From positions 96,001-160,000 of the forward strand of contig CBEVQO010000004.1 of the NCBI GenBank assembly GCA_965552055.1: 64,000 nucleotides of DNA, read 5' to 3'. This document shows positions 1 through 9,195 of the stretch, piece after piece (within the stretch, counting starts at the first letter, position 1; every line of letters begins with the position of its first letter). Position numbers and translations under genes: made by a program. A model generated the notes under the pieces. That model was not told the DNA's origin. It saw only the letters and a list, made by a program, of their open reading frames with translations, and did no database searches. Source of the DNA: an uncultured bacterium. Its GTDB lineage: Bacteria; Hydrothermota; UBA3073; NMUJ01; CBEVQO01.

Positions 1-1
1 G

Positions 2-1501
2 GAAACATCCTTAATAATTCAGGATGCTTTTTCACCTGAGCTTTCGCTTAAAAATGATACTTTGATTTTGAACTGCATCTATTTCGATGGTGCACATTAT
101 GTTGTAAGAAGCAAGTTAAAATATAAAGATAACTGGATTTTCGATGGGATAATAAGTTACACCAATTATGATGTTTTATCTCATTCCTTATCTCAGGATT
201 TTTGTGTTTTTACGCAATATGATAGTGTTTTCTCTCCAAATTTATACTTTGCGAGGTTTACGGGTAGTTGGGGGGATTATCAGATGCTCGATTCCGCATA
301 CATTTATCAGCCCTGTATCTCAAAGAATGGAAATTTAGCAATTTGTACCTATCTTAAAAAAGTTGGTTTATATTATAGGGTGTTTTCATGTTTTTACAGT
401 GATACATGGTCTTCTCCTTTCTTAATAGATGCTGGTACAAAAGATGCAATATCGCCTTTGTGTGTTGCTGATACTTTATCTTTTTGTGTATTCTGTCAGT
501 ATGATACAAAGGATACGCTGGCTGTTTATGCTGTAACTTTTGAAGGAGGAGGATATTCTCCGCCATACAGGCTGTCACAAAGGGGTATTATTTCGCAAAA
601 TCCCGATATTTGTGTGAGAGGCAAAAAAGCAATATGCGTCTGGGAAGGTTATGTTGCTGATACTTTGCTTGCAATTTTTGGAGCAGTATATGATAATGGC
701 TGGACTCAACCAGAGATAATAAGTGGAGATATTTCTTCTTCGTGTTATAATCCCAAAGTGGAATTCAAATCGGATGGAAATGCAATATGTGTATTTCAGA
801 AATGGGATGGGTGTATCTTAAAGATAATGGGTGTTGAATGGTCAGGAGAATGGGGGTCAATTTTTGTGATAGGTGATTCAAATTCTAAAAATTACGATTT
901 TACTCTGGATAATGTAGATGATATCTTTGTTGCATATTCAGATAGTTTTTGTTTTGTTAAGTGGCAGGAAAGTGATATTCCAAAAAGAGAAGTTTTTGTG
1001 AGCTATAGTTTTAATGTGCCACCAATATTATTGTGGACCGGTGAGCAGGGATTTGAGAATGACGGAGTTGAAGAAATAGCAGAAAATAAATTTTTATTCA
1101 AAGTAAAATATTTTGACGAGGATAATAATTTGCCTCAAAAATGTCTTTTGCAAATTGATTTAGATGGGGACAATTTATTTGAGTCTTCAGAAAGTTTTGA
1201 GATGACAAAAGATACGGGCTGGATTTATTGTAAGGAACTGGAGATTTCCGATACCGGGACATATTTTTATAAGTTTCATTTTGAAGATTATTGTGATACT
1301 GCTTCAGGAGAACCCGCTTTACCGCATGCATTTACAAACATTGTTATCATGGAAAATAGAAAGGCATTAAAAAATGAGAAAGAGATTTATGATATACTTG
1401 GCAGACGAATCTCTAAATCTATAAAAGAACTGCCATCGGGAATATATTTTATTTATGACAAAAAAACACTTGCCAAATCCAAAATAGTGATTATAAAATA
1501 A
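2..1501 (+). CDS. Secreted protein with T9SS-type C-terminal sorting domain (5'-truncated at window edge)
   Basis: Frame is open from position 2; repeated beta-rich blades; C-terminus EIYDILGRRI...LPSGIYFI...KIVIIK typical of CTD/Por secretion tail. Confidence 0.7.
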   Translation, partial: ETSLIIQDAFSPELSLKNDTLILNCIYFDGAHYVVRSKLKYKDNWIFDGIISYTNYDVLSHSLSQDFCVFTQYDSVFSPNLYFARFTGSWGDYQMLDSAYIYQPCISKNGNLAICTYLKKVGLYYRVFSCFYSDTWSSPFLIDAGTKDAISPLCVADTLSFCVFCQYDTKDTLAVYAVTFEGGGYSPPYRLSQRGIISQNPDICVRGKKAICVWEGYVADTLLAIFGAVYDNGWTQPEIISGDISSSCYNPKVEFKSDGNAICVFQKWDGCILKIMGVEWSGEWGSIFVIGDSNSKNYDFTLDNVDDIFVAYSDSFCFVKWQESDIPKREVFVSYSFNVPPILLWTGEQGFENDGVEEIAENKFLFKVKYFDEDNNLPQKCLLQIDLDGDNLFESSESFEMTKDTGWIYCKELEISDTGTYFYKFHFEDYCDTASGEPALPHAFTNIVIMENRKALKNEKEIYDILGRRISKSIKELPSGIYFIYDKKTLAKSKIVIIK

Positions 1502-1520
1502 TAATGGGGAAGGAGGGGGT

Positions 1521-3005
1521 ATGTTGAGATATCTTTTACCTGTATTCCTCTTTTTAAATTTATACGGTGAATGGACGATGTATCGTGCGGATTTAAAAAA
1601 TACAGGAAAGGTCGATGAACCATTAATGCCTCCTCTGGCACTTGTGTGGAAATATGAAATAGGAGCTCCTGTTGTGTCTTCACCAGCTGTAAAAGATGGG
1701 ATTCTTTACATTGGTGCAAGGGATGGCTATCTTTATGCGATAAGTATCAAAAATGGTGCTTTGAGATGGAAATTCAAAACAGGGAGGGGCGTTGATTGTA
1801 CTCCTCTGGTTTATAAAAATATGGTATTCTTTACTGCTCGTGATGGCTATGTTTATTGCATTGACAGGCGTACAGGTGCTTTAAAATGGCATAAGAAAAT
1901 GGGTGGTATGATGATGTCATCACCCAAACCTTACGGTAATACTATAATATTCGGAAGGGGACATCCTCGACCGGGTATAGTTTGTGTAAATATAAGAGAC
2001 GGAAGTATAAAATGGGAAGTCAGAGCAGATCAATTTGTTTATTCTACTATAGCGATTGATGGCGATACAGGATTTATTGGTGCTAATGATGGTAAATTGT
2101 ATGCGATAAGCTTAAAAGATGGGAGATTGTTGTGGACAAAAGAAACAAAAGGCATGTTTTATGTAAATAGCCCTGTGGTGGATGACAGGGTTTACGCCGT
2201 ACCCGGTTATCGCGATAATACACTGCATATTTATACGAAAAACGGCAAAAAGCAAAAACTCGCTTTAAAAATGGAAGTTAAGAAAATAGAAGCAGGTTTG
2301 CCTTATCCAATTGCTCAGCGATTAACAGGTGTGAAAATCTCTCGAAAAGTAATATCATATCTTTATGTTTCATCTCCTGCATTGAGTGAGAAGTCACTGG
2401 TATATGTTGCTGGTCAGAATTTATATTGTGTTGATAAATTTGCTGATACTGTGAAGTGGAAATACAATGTTGGTTCACCTTTAAAGATGGGATATGTCCC
2501 TTCTCCTGTAATCACGGATTCGATTATATGGGTTGTAAGTGCTACAGGTGTAATCTATGCATTTACGGAATCAGGCAAATTGCTATTTTCTGATTCTCTT
2601 CACAGCAATGTATTTGCTTCTCCTGTAGTTTCTGATAATATGCTATTTGTTGCATCATACGATGGTCATATTTATGCCTTTTCATCTACTCAGAAACCTT
2701 CCCCCGGTATCTTTCCAGAAAGATTTACTTTTTATCCCAATTATCCTAATCCTTTCCGTGGTAAAACAACGATAAAATTTGCTGTTCCATTTACCGAAAA
2801 TAAAATAAGGGTGAGAATTGTGGTTTACGATGTATGTGGTAGAGAAGTTTCTGTTATAACAGATAAGGATTATGCGCCTGGCGTTTATATTTTGCGATGG
2901 AGCGGTGAAGACAAAAGAGGAAGGTCTTTGCCTCCCGGGATTTATTTTTGTAGAATGGAAGCAGGTAAATTTAACAGGGTGAGGAAGATTGTAAAAATAA
3001 GATGA
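1521..3005 (+). CDS. PQQ-like (BamB-type) beta-propeller repeat protein with FlgD-Ig/T9SS C-terminal domain
   Basis: Signal peptide, WTMYRAD..TG start, repeated SSPAV..G.LY.G..DG.LYA...G...W motifs; tail PNYPNPF...VYDVCGREV...WSGED..G..LPPGIYF. Confidence 0.85.
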   Translation: MLRYLLPVFLFLNLYGEWTMYRADLKNTGKVDEPLMPPLALVWKYEIGAPVVSSPAVKDGILYIGARDGYLYAISIKNGALRWKFKTGRGVDCTPLVYKNMVFFTARDGYVYCIDRRTGALKWHKKMGGMMMSSPKPYGNTIIFGRGHPRPGIVCVNIRDGSIKWEVRADQFVYSTIAIDGDTGFIGANDGKLYAISLKDGRLLWTKETKGMFYVNSPVVDDRVYAVPGYRDNTLHIYTKNGKKQKLALKMEVKKIEAGLPYPIAQRLTGVKISRKVISYLYVSSPALSEKSLVYVAGQNLYCVDKFADTVKWKYNVGSPLKMGYVPSPVITDSIIWVVSATGVIYAFTESGKLLFSDSLHSNVFASPVVSDNMLFVASYDGHIYAFSSTQKPSPGIFPERFTFYPNYPNPFRGKTTIKFAVPFTENKIRVRIVVYDVCGREVSVITDKDYAPGVYILRWSGEDKRGRSLPPGIYFCRMEAGKFNRVRKIVKIR

Positions 3006-4822
3006 GAAGCGAGTTGCAATTACAGGATTATTTAAGGATTTTCCGTAAAAGAATCTGGTGGATTTTAGGATGCACGGTTTTTGTCCCCCTTGCTATGAAG
3101 ATGACGATGAAAGAGCCTGTGCCATATTATCGAGCGACTGCGGTTGTTGAATTGCCACGCAGAAAACCTTTATTTATGATATCCGGAGGTAAAATGATGT
3201 GGTGGTCACAAACAGAAGATATATCGACACAGATGGAGATAATTAAAAGTCAAAAAGTAATATTAGAAGCAGTTAGGAAAATGGGATTGATTTCTAAGAA
3301 TGAAGAAAATGAAAATCTTGTGCGTTCCTTACGCAGAAAAATAAATACAAGGAGAATAGAAAAAACGAGACTCATACAGATACAGGTTACGGACAGAAAT
3401 CCTCAATTTGCAAAAGATTTTGCGAATGCACTCGCAGAAAGTTATATCGAACATTATTCTTCGTATATGCGAGCAAAAACAGAGGAACAGAGGAAATTTA
3501 TAGAAGAGCATCTAAAAGTAGTCAGGAGAAAAATAAAAGAGATAGAAGATGAAATAAAAAGATTTAAAAGTAGCAAAGAATATTTAAAATTAAATGAAGC
3601 AAAGATACTAGAAAATAAATTGGGTGAACTTTCTTTAAAATTATCGTCACTTTTAGAAAAATACACAGAGGATAATCCAGAGGTCCAAAAGTTAAAAGAG
3701 GAGATAAAAAGAGTTCAAAGATTACTGGGCGAAGCCGCTGGCAAAGAAACAGAGATGGAAAACTTATACTATCAACTTGAATTGAATAAAAAAATACTTA
3801 ATTCTTTGACAACAAAATTACTTGAGGTAAGTTTAAATAGAATAGAGGAGGAAGAAAATCCCGTGCTTGTGAGCAAGGCATCTTTACCTGTTGTTCCTAT
3901 AAATCCCAGAAAGAAGTTAAATTTGGTGATAGGAATAGTGTCGGGTATAATCTTTGGATTGCTTTTTGCGGTTTTGGCAGAGATGCTCGATACTTCTTTA
4001 TCTTCACCAGAAGAAATTGAGGAGAAATTTAAAATCAGTGTATTGGGGATAATCCCCGTGATAAAGGAACAGGAGAAGCTTTTATTGTTTTCTTCTAAAT
4101 TCCGTTTTCGTGATGACTACATGAGTTTGCTAACCAATATTATACTCAAAGCAGGGCATGATGCGAATATGGTGGTGGTGACATCGGCGTTGCCAAACGA
4201 GGGCAAAACTTTAACCGCATGCAACCTGGCGACTATAAGTGCTTTAAATGGCAAAAAAACATTGTTGATAGATTGCGATTTGAGAAAGCCTGACATTTTT
4301 AGAATTTTAAATCTACCACTGACCCCGGGATTGAAAGAAATAATCGATAATGAAGCTAAAAAAGAAAAAGCAATACATGATATAACAAGTATTTTAATTG
4401 CTAATTCCGAAAAGAGAATAGAAATCATGAATAAAAAGAGTCTTACAAAACTAAATGTCTTAACTTCGGGCAAAATTTCAAATGATTATGAGAGAATCTT
4501 TGTCAATCCTTCTTTCACAAGGTTATTACGCTATTTGAAGGAGCATTATGAATTTTGCGTTATAGATGCACCTCCACTTTTGACCGCACCGGAAACTCTC
4601 TCGTTGATTTCACAGGTAAAAAGCGTTATAATAGTCAGTCAAAAGCATAAAAATTCAAGAGAACTAATAAAAAGAATAACCCAGATAATAAAAGATATAA
4701 ATATCAACTTCTGTGGTATTGTTTTGAATAATGTAAGAGAAAAAGAGATAGAAGGACAACCCGGCTATTACAGATATTACAGGTATTACAAATATTACAA
4801 AAAATACTACAAAAACAAGTGA
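3002..4822 (+). CDS. Polysaccharide chain-length determinant/tyrosine autokinase (Wzc/GumC family)
   Basis: N-terminal LQDYLRIFRKR Wzz segment, coiled coil, second TM, Walker A SALPNEGKT, LLIDCDLRKP, VIDAPP, C-terminal Tyr cluster YYRYYRYYKYYKKYY. Confidence 0.9.
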   Translation: MRSELQLQDYLRIFRKRIWWILGCTVFVPLAMKMTMKEPVPYYRATAVVELPRRKPLFMISGGKMMWWSQTEDISTQMEIIKSQKVILEAVRKMGLISKNEENENLVRSLRRKINTRRIEKTRLIQIQVTDRNPQFAKDFANALAESYIEHYSSYMRAKTEEQRKFIEEHLKVVRRKIKEIEDEIKRFKSSKEYLKLNEAKILENKLGELSLKLSSLLEKYTEDNPEVQKLKEEIKRVQRLLGEAAGKETEMENLYYQLELNKKILNSLTTKLLEVSLNRIEEEENPVLVSKASLPVVPINPRKKLNLVIGIVSGIIFGLLFAVLAEMLDTSLSSPEEIEEKFKISVLGIIPVIKEQEKLLLFSSKFRFRDDYMSLLTNIILKAGHDANMVVVTSALPNEGKTLTACNLATISALNGKKTLLIDCDLRKPDIFRILNLPLTPGLKEIIDNEAKKEKAIHDITSILIANSEKRIEIMNKKSLTKLNVLTSGKISNDYERIFVNPSFTRLLRYLKEHYEFCVIDAPPLLTAPETLSLISQVKSVIIVSQKHKNSRELIKRITQIIKDININFCGIVLNNVREKEIEGQPGYYRYYRYYKYYKKYYKNK

Positions 4823-6162
4823 GGGCAAATATTTTAACTCTTTTGATTCTCGTTTTTCTTTTATTCCTTTTCTTTTATTCCTATAATAACCTCGGGATAA
4901 TGCGTACGGAATTTCTTCTGCTTCTTCCGATAGGAATAGGCATACTTTTGCTTACACTTCTCAAAGCAGAAATAGGCTTATATTTTGTTGTTCTTTCAAT
5001 AATTTTTTCTCCGGAAATAAACTTGGGCTATTTACCCCAGCATGATTTGATGGTTAGATTTGATGATTTACTGCTTGGACTTGTTCTATTCAGCTGGCTT
5101 GCAAGGATTGCCGTTTTCAAAGATGATAAACCAATACCTGATACTCCTTTAAATCGTCCAATTTTTTATTACATGTCTGCTACAATATTTCCATCGGTTA
5201 TAAGTGTGATAAAAGGAGAGGCAAATTTACTCGCAGTGTTTTTTCATATACTTAAATACATAGAATACTTCCTGTTGTTTTTTATGACATATGTCATATT
5301 GAAAAAAGATTATCAGAAGTATGTTATAATTGGATTAATACTTTTCACTTCGGTTATTGCGTGTCTGTATTCGTTTCCACATGCTGGTAAAGGAAGATTG
5401 GGTGCACCATTTGAATATCCTCCTGAGCCCAACACTTACGGCGGATTTTTGCTTATAAATCAGGCAATACTTTTAAGCATAATAACACATACAGATGATG
5501 TGAAGAAAAAAGTTTTGTCTTTTATGATTTTGTCTTTAAATCTTTATATAACACTTTATACTCTTTCGCGTTGCACTTATATGGCTATGCTTTTCCTTTA
5601 TCCTTATGCCCTGCTTACAGGAAAAAAGAAGAAATCTTTAATTTTTTATTTGACAATGGGTTTGCTTGTTATGTTCATGTGGAAGCCACAAAAAGTGATA
5701 GAAAGAATAATGAATACATTTAAACCAACAGGCGGTATTTTCTTCGGGATACCTCTTGATTCTTCTGCTGCAGCAAGATTAATAAGCTGGAAAATTTTGT
5801 TTCTTAATGCAATAAGGAGTTACAAATTTATAATAGGGCATGGAGTTACTACATTTTTCGTTGATTCACAGTATGTAAGAGTTTTTGGAGAAGCAGGAAT
5901 AATAGGGCTTATTACCTTCTTCTATTTGCTTATTACCCTTTACTCAAATCTTATAAAGGTTTATAATGAAGTGAAGGAAAATAGTGATAAAATAATTTCT
6001 TATTCTGCACTTTTGGCTTTAATAGGTATCTGTATTCATGCGATAACTGCGAATTCTTTTATAATTATAAGGATAGCGGAACCTTTCTGGATATTGATGG
6101 CTGTTGCTCTTAAATTACCGGAGGTTTCAAAATGGAAGAGAAAAGAATACTCGAAAGTATAG
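4819..6162 (+). CDS. O-antigen ligase/polymerase (Wzy_C) family membrane protein
   Basis: Many TM helices; EPNTYG, TLSR, SAAARL..W, IGHG..DSQYVRVFGEAGIIG motifs; follows wzc-like gene. Confidence 0.8.
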   Translation: MRANILTLLILVFLLFLFFYSYNNLGIMRTEFLLLLPIGIGILLLTLLKAEIGLYFVVLSIIFSPEINLGYLPQHDLMVRFDDLLLGLVLFSWLARIAVFKDDKPIPDTPLNRPIFYYMSATIFPSVISVIKGEANLLAVFFHILKYIEYFLLFFMTYVILKKDYQKYVIIGLILFTSVIACLYSFPHAGKGRLGAPFEYPPEPNTYGGFLLINQAILLSIITHTDDVKKKVLSFMILSLNLYITLYTLSRCTYMAMLFLYPYALLTGKKKKSLIFYLTMGLLVMFMWKPQKVIERIMNTFKPTGGIFFGIPLDSSAAARLISWKILFLNAIRSYKFIIGHGVTTFFVDSQYVRVFGEAGIIGLITFFYLLITLYSNLIKVYNEVKENSDKIISYSALLALIGICIHAITANSFIIIRIAEPFWILMAVALKLPEVSKWKRKEYSKV

Positions 6163-6689
6163 GAGCGATTAAAAGGGGGCATTTTTTACTATCATCGGGA
6201 TTACATAGTGATATTTATTTCGATAAATTTAGATTGCTCCAGTACCCTGAATATGTTAAAAGATTCTGCCAGAAGATAGCAGATGCATTTAAAGATAAAG
6301 GTATTACTCTTGTTGTGGGACCAGAGAAAGGTGGCATTATAATCGCTTATGAAGTTGCGAGTCAAATCGGAGTAAGATGTGCTTTTGCAGAAAAATCAGA
6401 AGATAAACTTTGTTTTAAAAGAGATTTTTATTTCAAGGAGAATGAAAAAGTTTTGATAGTGGACGATGTTCTAACAACAGGGGGTTCTATAAAAAAAGTA
6501 ATGACTCTCATAAAAGAGAGAAAGTGGGATATTGCTGGAATAGCTGTTTTAATTGACAGAGCTGTATTTCCATTAAATTTAAATATGGATGTATTTTCTG
6601 TGGTGAAAGTAGAGGCAAATGTTTATAGACCCGAAGATTGTCCTTTATGTAAAATGGGTTTGGAGTTAAAAAGATTGGGGGGCAAATGA
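6132..6689 (+). CDS. pyrE: Orotate phosphoribosyltransferase
   Basis: GHFLLSSGLHSDIY and PRPP motif VLIVDDVLTTGGS; C-terminal CPLC. Confidence 0.95.
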   Translation: MEEKRILESIGAIKRGHFLLSSGLHSDIYFDKFRLLQYPEYVKRFCQKIADAFKDKGITLVVGPEKGGIIIAYEVASQIGVRCAFAEKSEDKLCFKRDFYFKENEKVLIVDDVLTTGGSIKKVMTLIKERKWDIAGIAVLIDRAVFPLNLNMDVFSVVKVEANVYRPEDCPLCKMGLELKRLGGK

Positions 6690-6952
6690 GTGGCTTACTG
6701 AATTTAATACCAATATTTTTAATCTTTCTCGTAATTTATTTATTGCTCGTGTTACCACAGATGCAGGAACAGAAGAGATTGAAAAAGCTGATAGAAAACC
6801 TGAAAGAAGGCGATAAGGTTGTTACGCAGGGAGGGATACACGGTGTCGTTAAGAAAGTAGAGAAGAATACAGTTACTCTGAAAATAGCTCCAAAGGCAGA
6901 AGTTGTCTTTGAAAAGACGGCTATTGTAAGAGTTATAGGTAAAAAATCTTGA
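6686..6952 (+). CDS. yajC: Preprotein translocase subunit YajC
   Basis: N-terminal TM then PQ..EQKR...LKEGDKVVTQGGIHGVV. Confidence 0.93.
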   Translation: MSGLLNLIPIFLIFLVIYLLLVLPQMQEQKRLKKLIENLKEGDKVVTQGGIHGVVKKVEKNTVTLKIAPKAEVVFEKTAIVRVIGKKS

Positions 6953-6975
6953 CATACTCATGAGAAGATTATAAT
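6949..6975 (+). promoter_or_regulatory. Sigma70-type promoter for rnfEA (TTGACA-N15-TATAAT), probably leaderless
   Basis: TTGACA 6949-6954, TATAAT 6970-6975, ATG at 6981 without SD. Confidence 0.7.
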
Positions 6976-6980
6976 AAAAG

Positions 6981-7568
6981 ATGAGGATTATTAAAGAAGG
7001 GATAGTTGATAACAATCCTGTTCTTTCGCTGATGCTTGGTCTTTGTCCCACGCTTGCGGTATCTACAACTGCTTTGAATGCGCTGGGTATGGGAGCAGCC
7101 GTTATCTTCGTGCTGACCTTCTCAAATATCACAATATCAGCGATTAGAAAATGGGTACCAGAATCCGTTAGAATACCCGTTTATATTATAGTGATTTCCA
7201 CTTTTGTTACGATAATAGATTATGTGATGCATGCTTTTGCACCCGAAATTTATGCTCATCTTGGTATTTTTGTCCCCCTTATTGTGGTTAATTGCATAAT
7301 TCTTGGTAGAGCTGAGGGCTTTGCTTCAAAGCACAGCGTGTGGGAGGCTTTCCTTGATGGTATTGGTTGTGGAATAGGTTTTACCCTTGTAATTTTTATA
7401 ATGGGTGCAATAAGGGAAATTCTTGGAGCGGGTACGCTTTTTGGCAGGGCAATTTTGCCACAGGCGTTCCTTGAAAAACCAGTGATTTATATGATTTTGC
7501 CACCCGGTGGCTTTTTGATAATTGCAATTTTGATGGCTTTGACTAACTGGATGAGGAGGAAGAGATGA
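6981..7568 (+). CDS. rnfE: Rnf/Rsx electron transport complex subunit E
   Basis: NNPVLSLMLGLCPTLAVST, PLIVVNCIILGRAE, ILPPGGF. Confidence 0.93.
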   Translation: MRIIKEGIVDNNPVLSLMLGLCPTLAVSTTALNALGMGAAVIFVLTFSNITISAIRKWVPESVRIPVYIIVISTFVTIIDYVMHAFAPEIYAHLGIFVPLIVVNCIILGRAEGFASKHSVWEAFLDGIGCGIGFTLVIFIMGAIREILGAGTLFGRAILPQAFLEKPVIYMILPPGGFLIIAILMALTNWMRRKR

Positions 7569-8149
7569 AACTATTTTTAATATTTCTGTCTGCTTTCTTG
7601 GTCAATAATATAGTTTTGATGAGATTTTTGGGATTATGTCCTTATATTGGAGTATCCCGCAATTTATCTTCTGCAATAGGTATGTCTTTTGCTGTTCTTT
7701 TTGTTATGCTTATGGCAAGCTGGATTACCTATGCGATTTATAAATTTGTGCTTGTTCCGCTCAATATCGTTTATCTCCGCACATCTACCTTTATCCTTAC
7801 GATTGCTACACTTGTTCAGATAGTTGAGATGTTCTTGCATAAAAAGGCAAAAGAGCTTTATGATGCACTTGGTATTTACCTTCCACTTATAACCACGAAT
7901 TGTGCGATACTTGGTACTGCTTTTCTTGTAATTGAAAACAAATACACATTCCTTGAGGTAACTGTTTTTGCAATTGGCACGGCGTTCGGTTTCATGATAG
8001 CACTTACTCTGATGGCAGGAATAAGGGAGCGTCTGGAGCTCGCAGATTTGCCCGAATCATTTAAAGGTGCACCTATTGCTTTCGTAATGGCTTCATTGAT
8101 GGCACTCGCATTCCTTGGTTTTGTCGGACTGCTGGGTCTGTCAATTTAA
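7565..8149 (+). CDS. rnfA: Rnf/Rsx electron transport complex subunit A
   Basis: LVNNIVLMRFLGLCPYIGVS, LGIYLPLITTNCAILG, GIRERLE. Confidence 0.93.
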   Translation: MKLFLIFLSAFLVNNIVLMRFLGLCPYIGVSRNLSSAIGMSFAVLFVMLMASWITYAIYKFVLVPLNIVYLRTSTFILTIATLVQIVEMFLHKKAKELYDALGIYLPLITTNCAILGTAFLVIENKYTFLEVTVFAIGTAFGFMIALTLMAGIRERLELADLPESFKGAPIAFVMASLMALAFLGFVGLLGLSI

Positions 8150-9111
8150 TCACAAATTATAACATTTTTCTCGCCTTTTATAATTTCACCGATTAAGATA
8201 GCATCCCGTAATTTGGAGAGTACTTTATCCTTATCTTCTTTATCAACTACGAAAACAATCCCGATTCCCATATTGAAAACTCTGAACATTTCTTCCTTTT
8301 CAACATTTCCTTCCTTTTCTATGAATTTAAAAACAGGTGGAATTTCCCAATTGACTCTTATTCTGCAACTCAGATTTTCTGGCAAAATTCTCGGAATATT
8401 GCCGTAAAAACCTCCTCCTGTGATGTGAGCTATACCTTTTAAATATTTTTTGACTTTTAAGAATTCTTTTAAATAGGATTTGTGAATTTTTAGTAATTCT
8501 TCGCCGATTGTACATCCAAATTCTTCGAAATATTTTGTTAAAGCTATATTTTTATCTGCGATTATTTTACGCACAAGTGAATATCCATTCGTATGGAGTC
8601 CCGATGATTTTAAGCCTATTACCGCATCTCCCTCTTTAATTTTTGAGCCATCTATTATTTCCTTTTTTTTAACGAGACCCGTTATAAAGCCCACAAGTTC
8701 ATATTCTCCTTCTTTGTAAAATCCCGGCATTTCTGCGGTTTCGCCTCCGAGTAATTTTAAATTATTCTCCTCACATGCTTTTATTATGCCTTCAACTATG
8801 TCTTTTGCTATTTCTGGTATTAACTTTCCCATTGCGATATAATCCATGAAAAAGATGGGGGTAGCGCCGCAGCAAATTATATCGTTTACACAATGGTTTA
8901 CTATGTCCTGTCCGACCGTGTTATGTATTCCTAGTTTTTGTGCGATTTTTAATTTTGTGCCAACACCATCAACACTTGCAGCTATCAGATAATCGGTGTC
9001 AGGAATGGGGAAAAGACCAGAAAATCCACCAATTTCTTTTATTTTGTTTTTTATGAATTTCTTAAAAAAGTCAGCTTTTTCGATATCAACACCTGCTTCT
9101 TTGTATTTCAT
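8146..9111 (-). CDS. purM: Phosphoribosylformylglycinamidine cyclo-ligase (AIR synthetase)
   Basis: YKEAGVDI, DGVGTKL, GGETAEMPG, SSGLHTNGYSL, HITGGG, FNMGIG; true start ATG at 9111 (longer ORF start lies inside the tRNA). Confidence 0.95.
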   Translation of the reverse strand: MKYKEAGVDIEKADFFKKFIKNKIKEIGGFSGLFPIPDTDYLIAASVDGVGTKLKIAQKLGIHNTVGQDIVNHCVNDIICCGATPIFFMDYIAMGKLIPEIAKDIVEGIIKACEENNLKLLGGETAEMPGFYKEGEYELVGFITGLVKKKEIIDGSKIKEGDAVIGLKSSGLHTNGYSLVRKIIADKNIALTKYFEEFGCTIGEELLKIHKSYLKEFLKVKKYLKGIAHITGGGFYGNIPRILPENLSCRIRVNWEIPPVFKFIEKEGNVEKEEMFRVFNMGIGIVFVVDKEDKDKVLSKLRDAILIGEIIKGEKNVIICD

Positions 9112-9117
9112 TGAGAG

Positions 9118-9190
9118 CGGGGCCGACCGGATTTGAACCGGCGATCTCCAGCTTGACAAGCTGGCGTGTTAACCGCTACACCACGGCCCC
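9118..9190 (-). tRNA. tRNA-Asp(GTC), no encoded CCA
   Basis: GGGGCCG acceptor/CGGCCCC-G, anticodon arm CCAGC-TTGTCAA-GCTGG, T-loop GGTTCAAATCC; followed by CTC rather than CCA. Confidence 0.95.
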
Positions 9191-9195
9191 GCTAA

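Noticed and set aside
9112..9159. N-terminal extensions in the ORF track (purM, groES, prfB, clostripain, DUF355, 58031, array copies)
   Set aside because: They run through tRNAs, begin at the TTG of -35 boxes or overlap upstream genes; downstream ATG/GTG starts fit homology, SD or promoter position better
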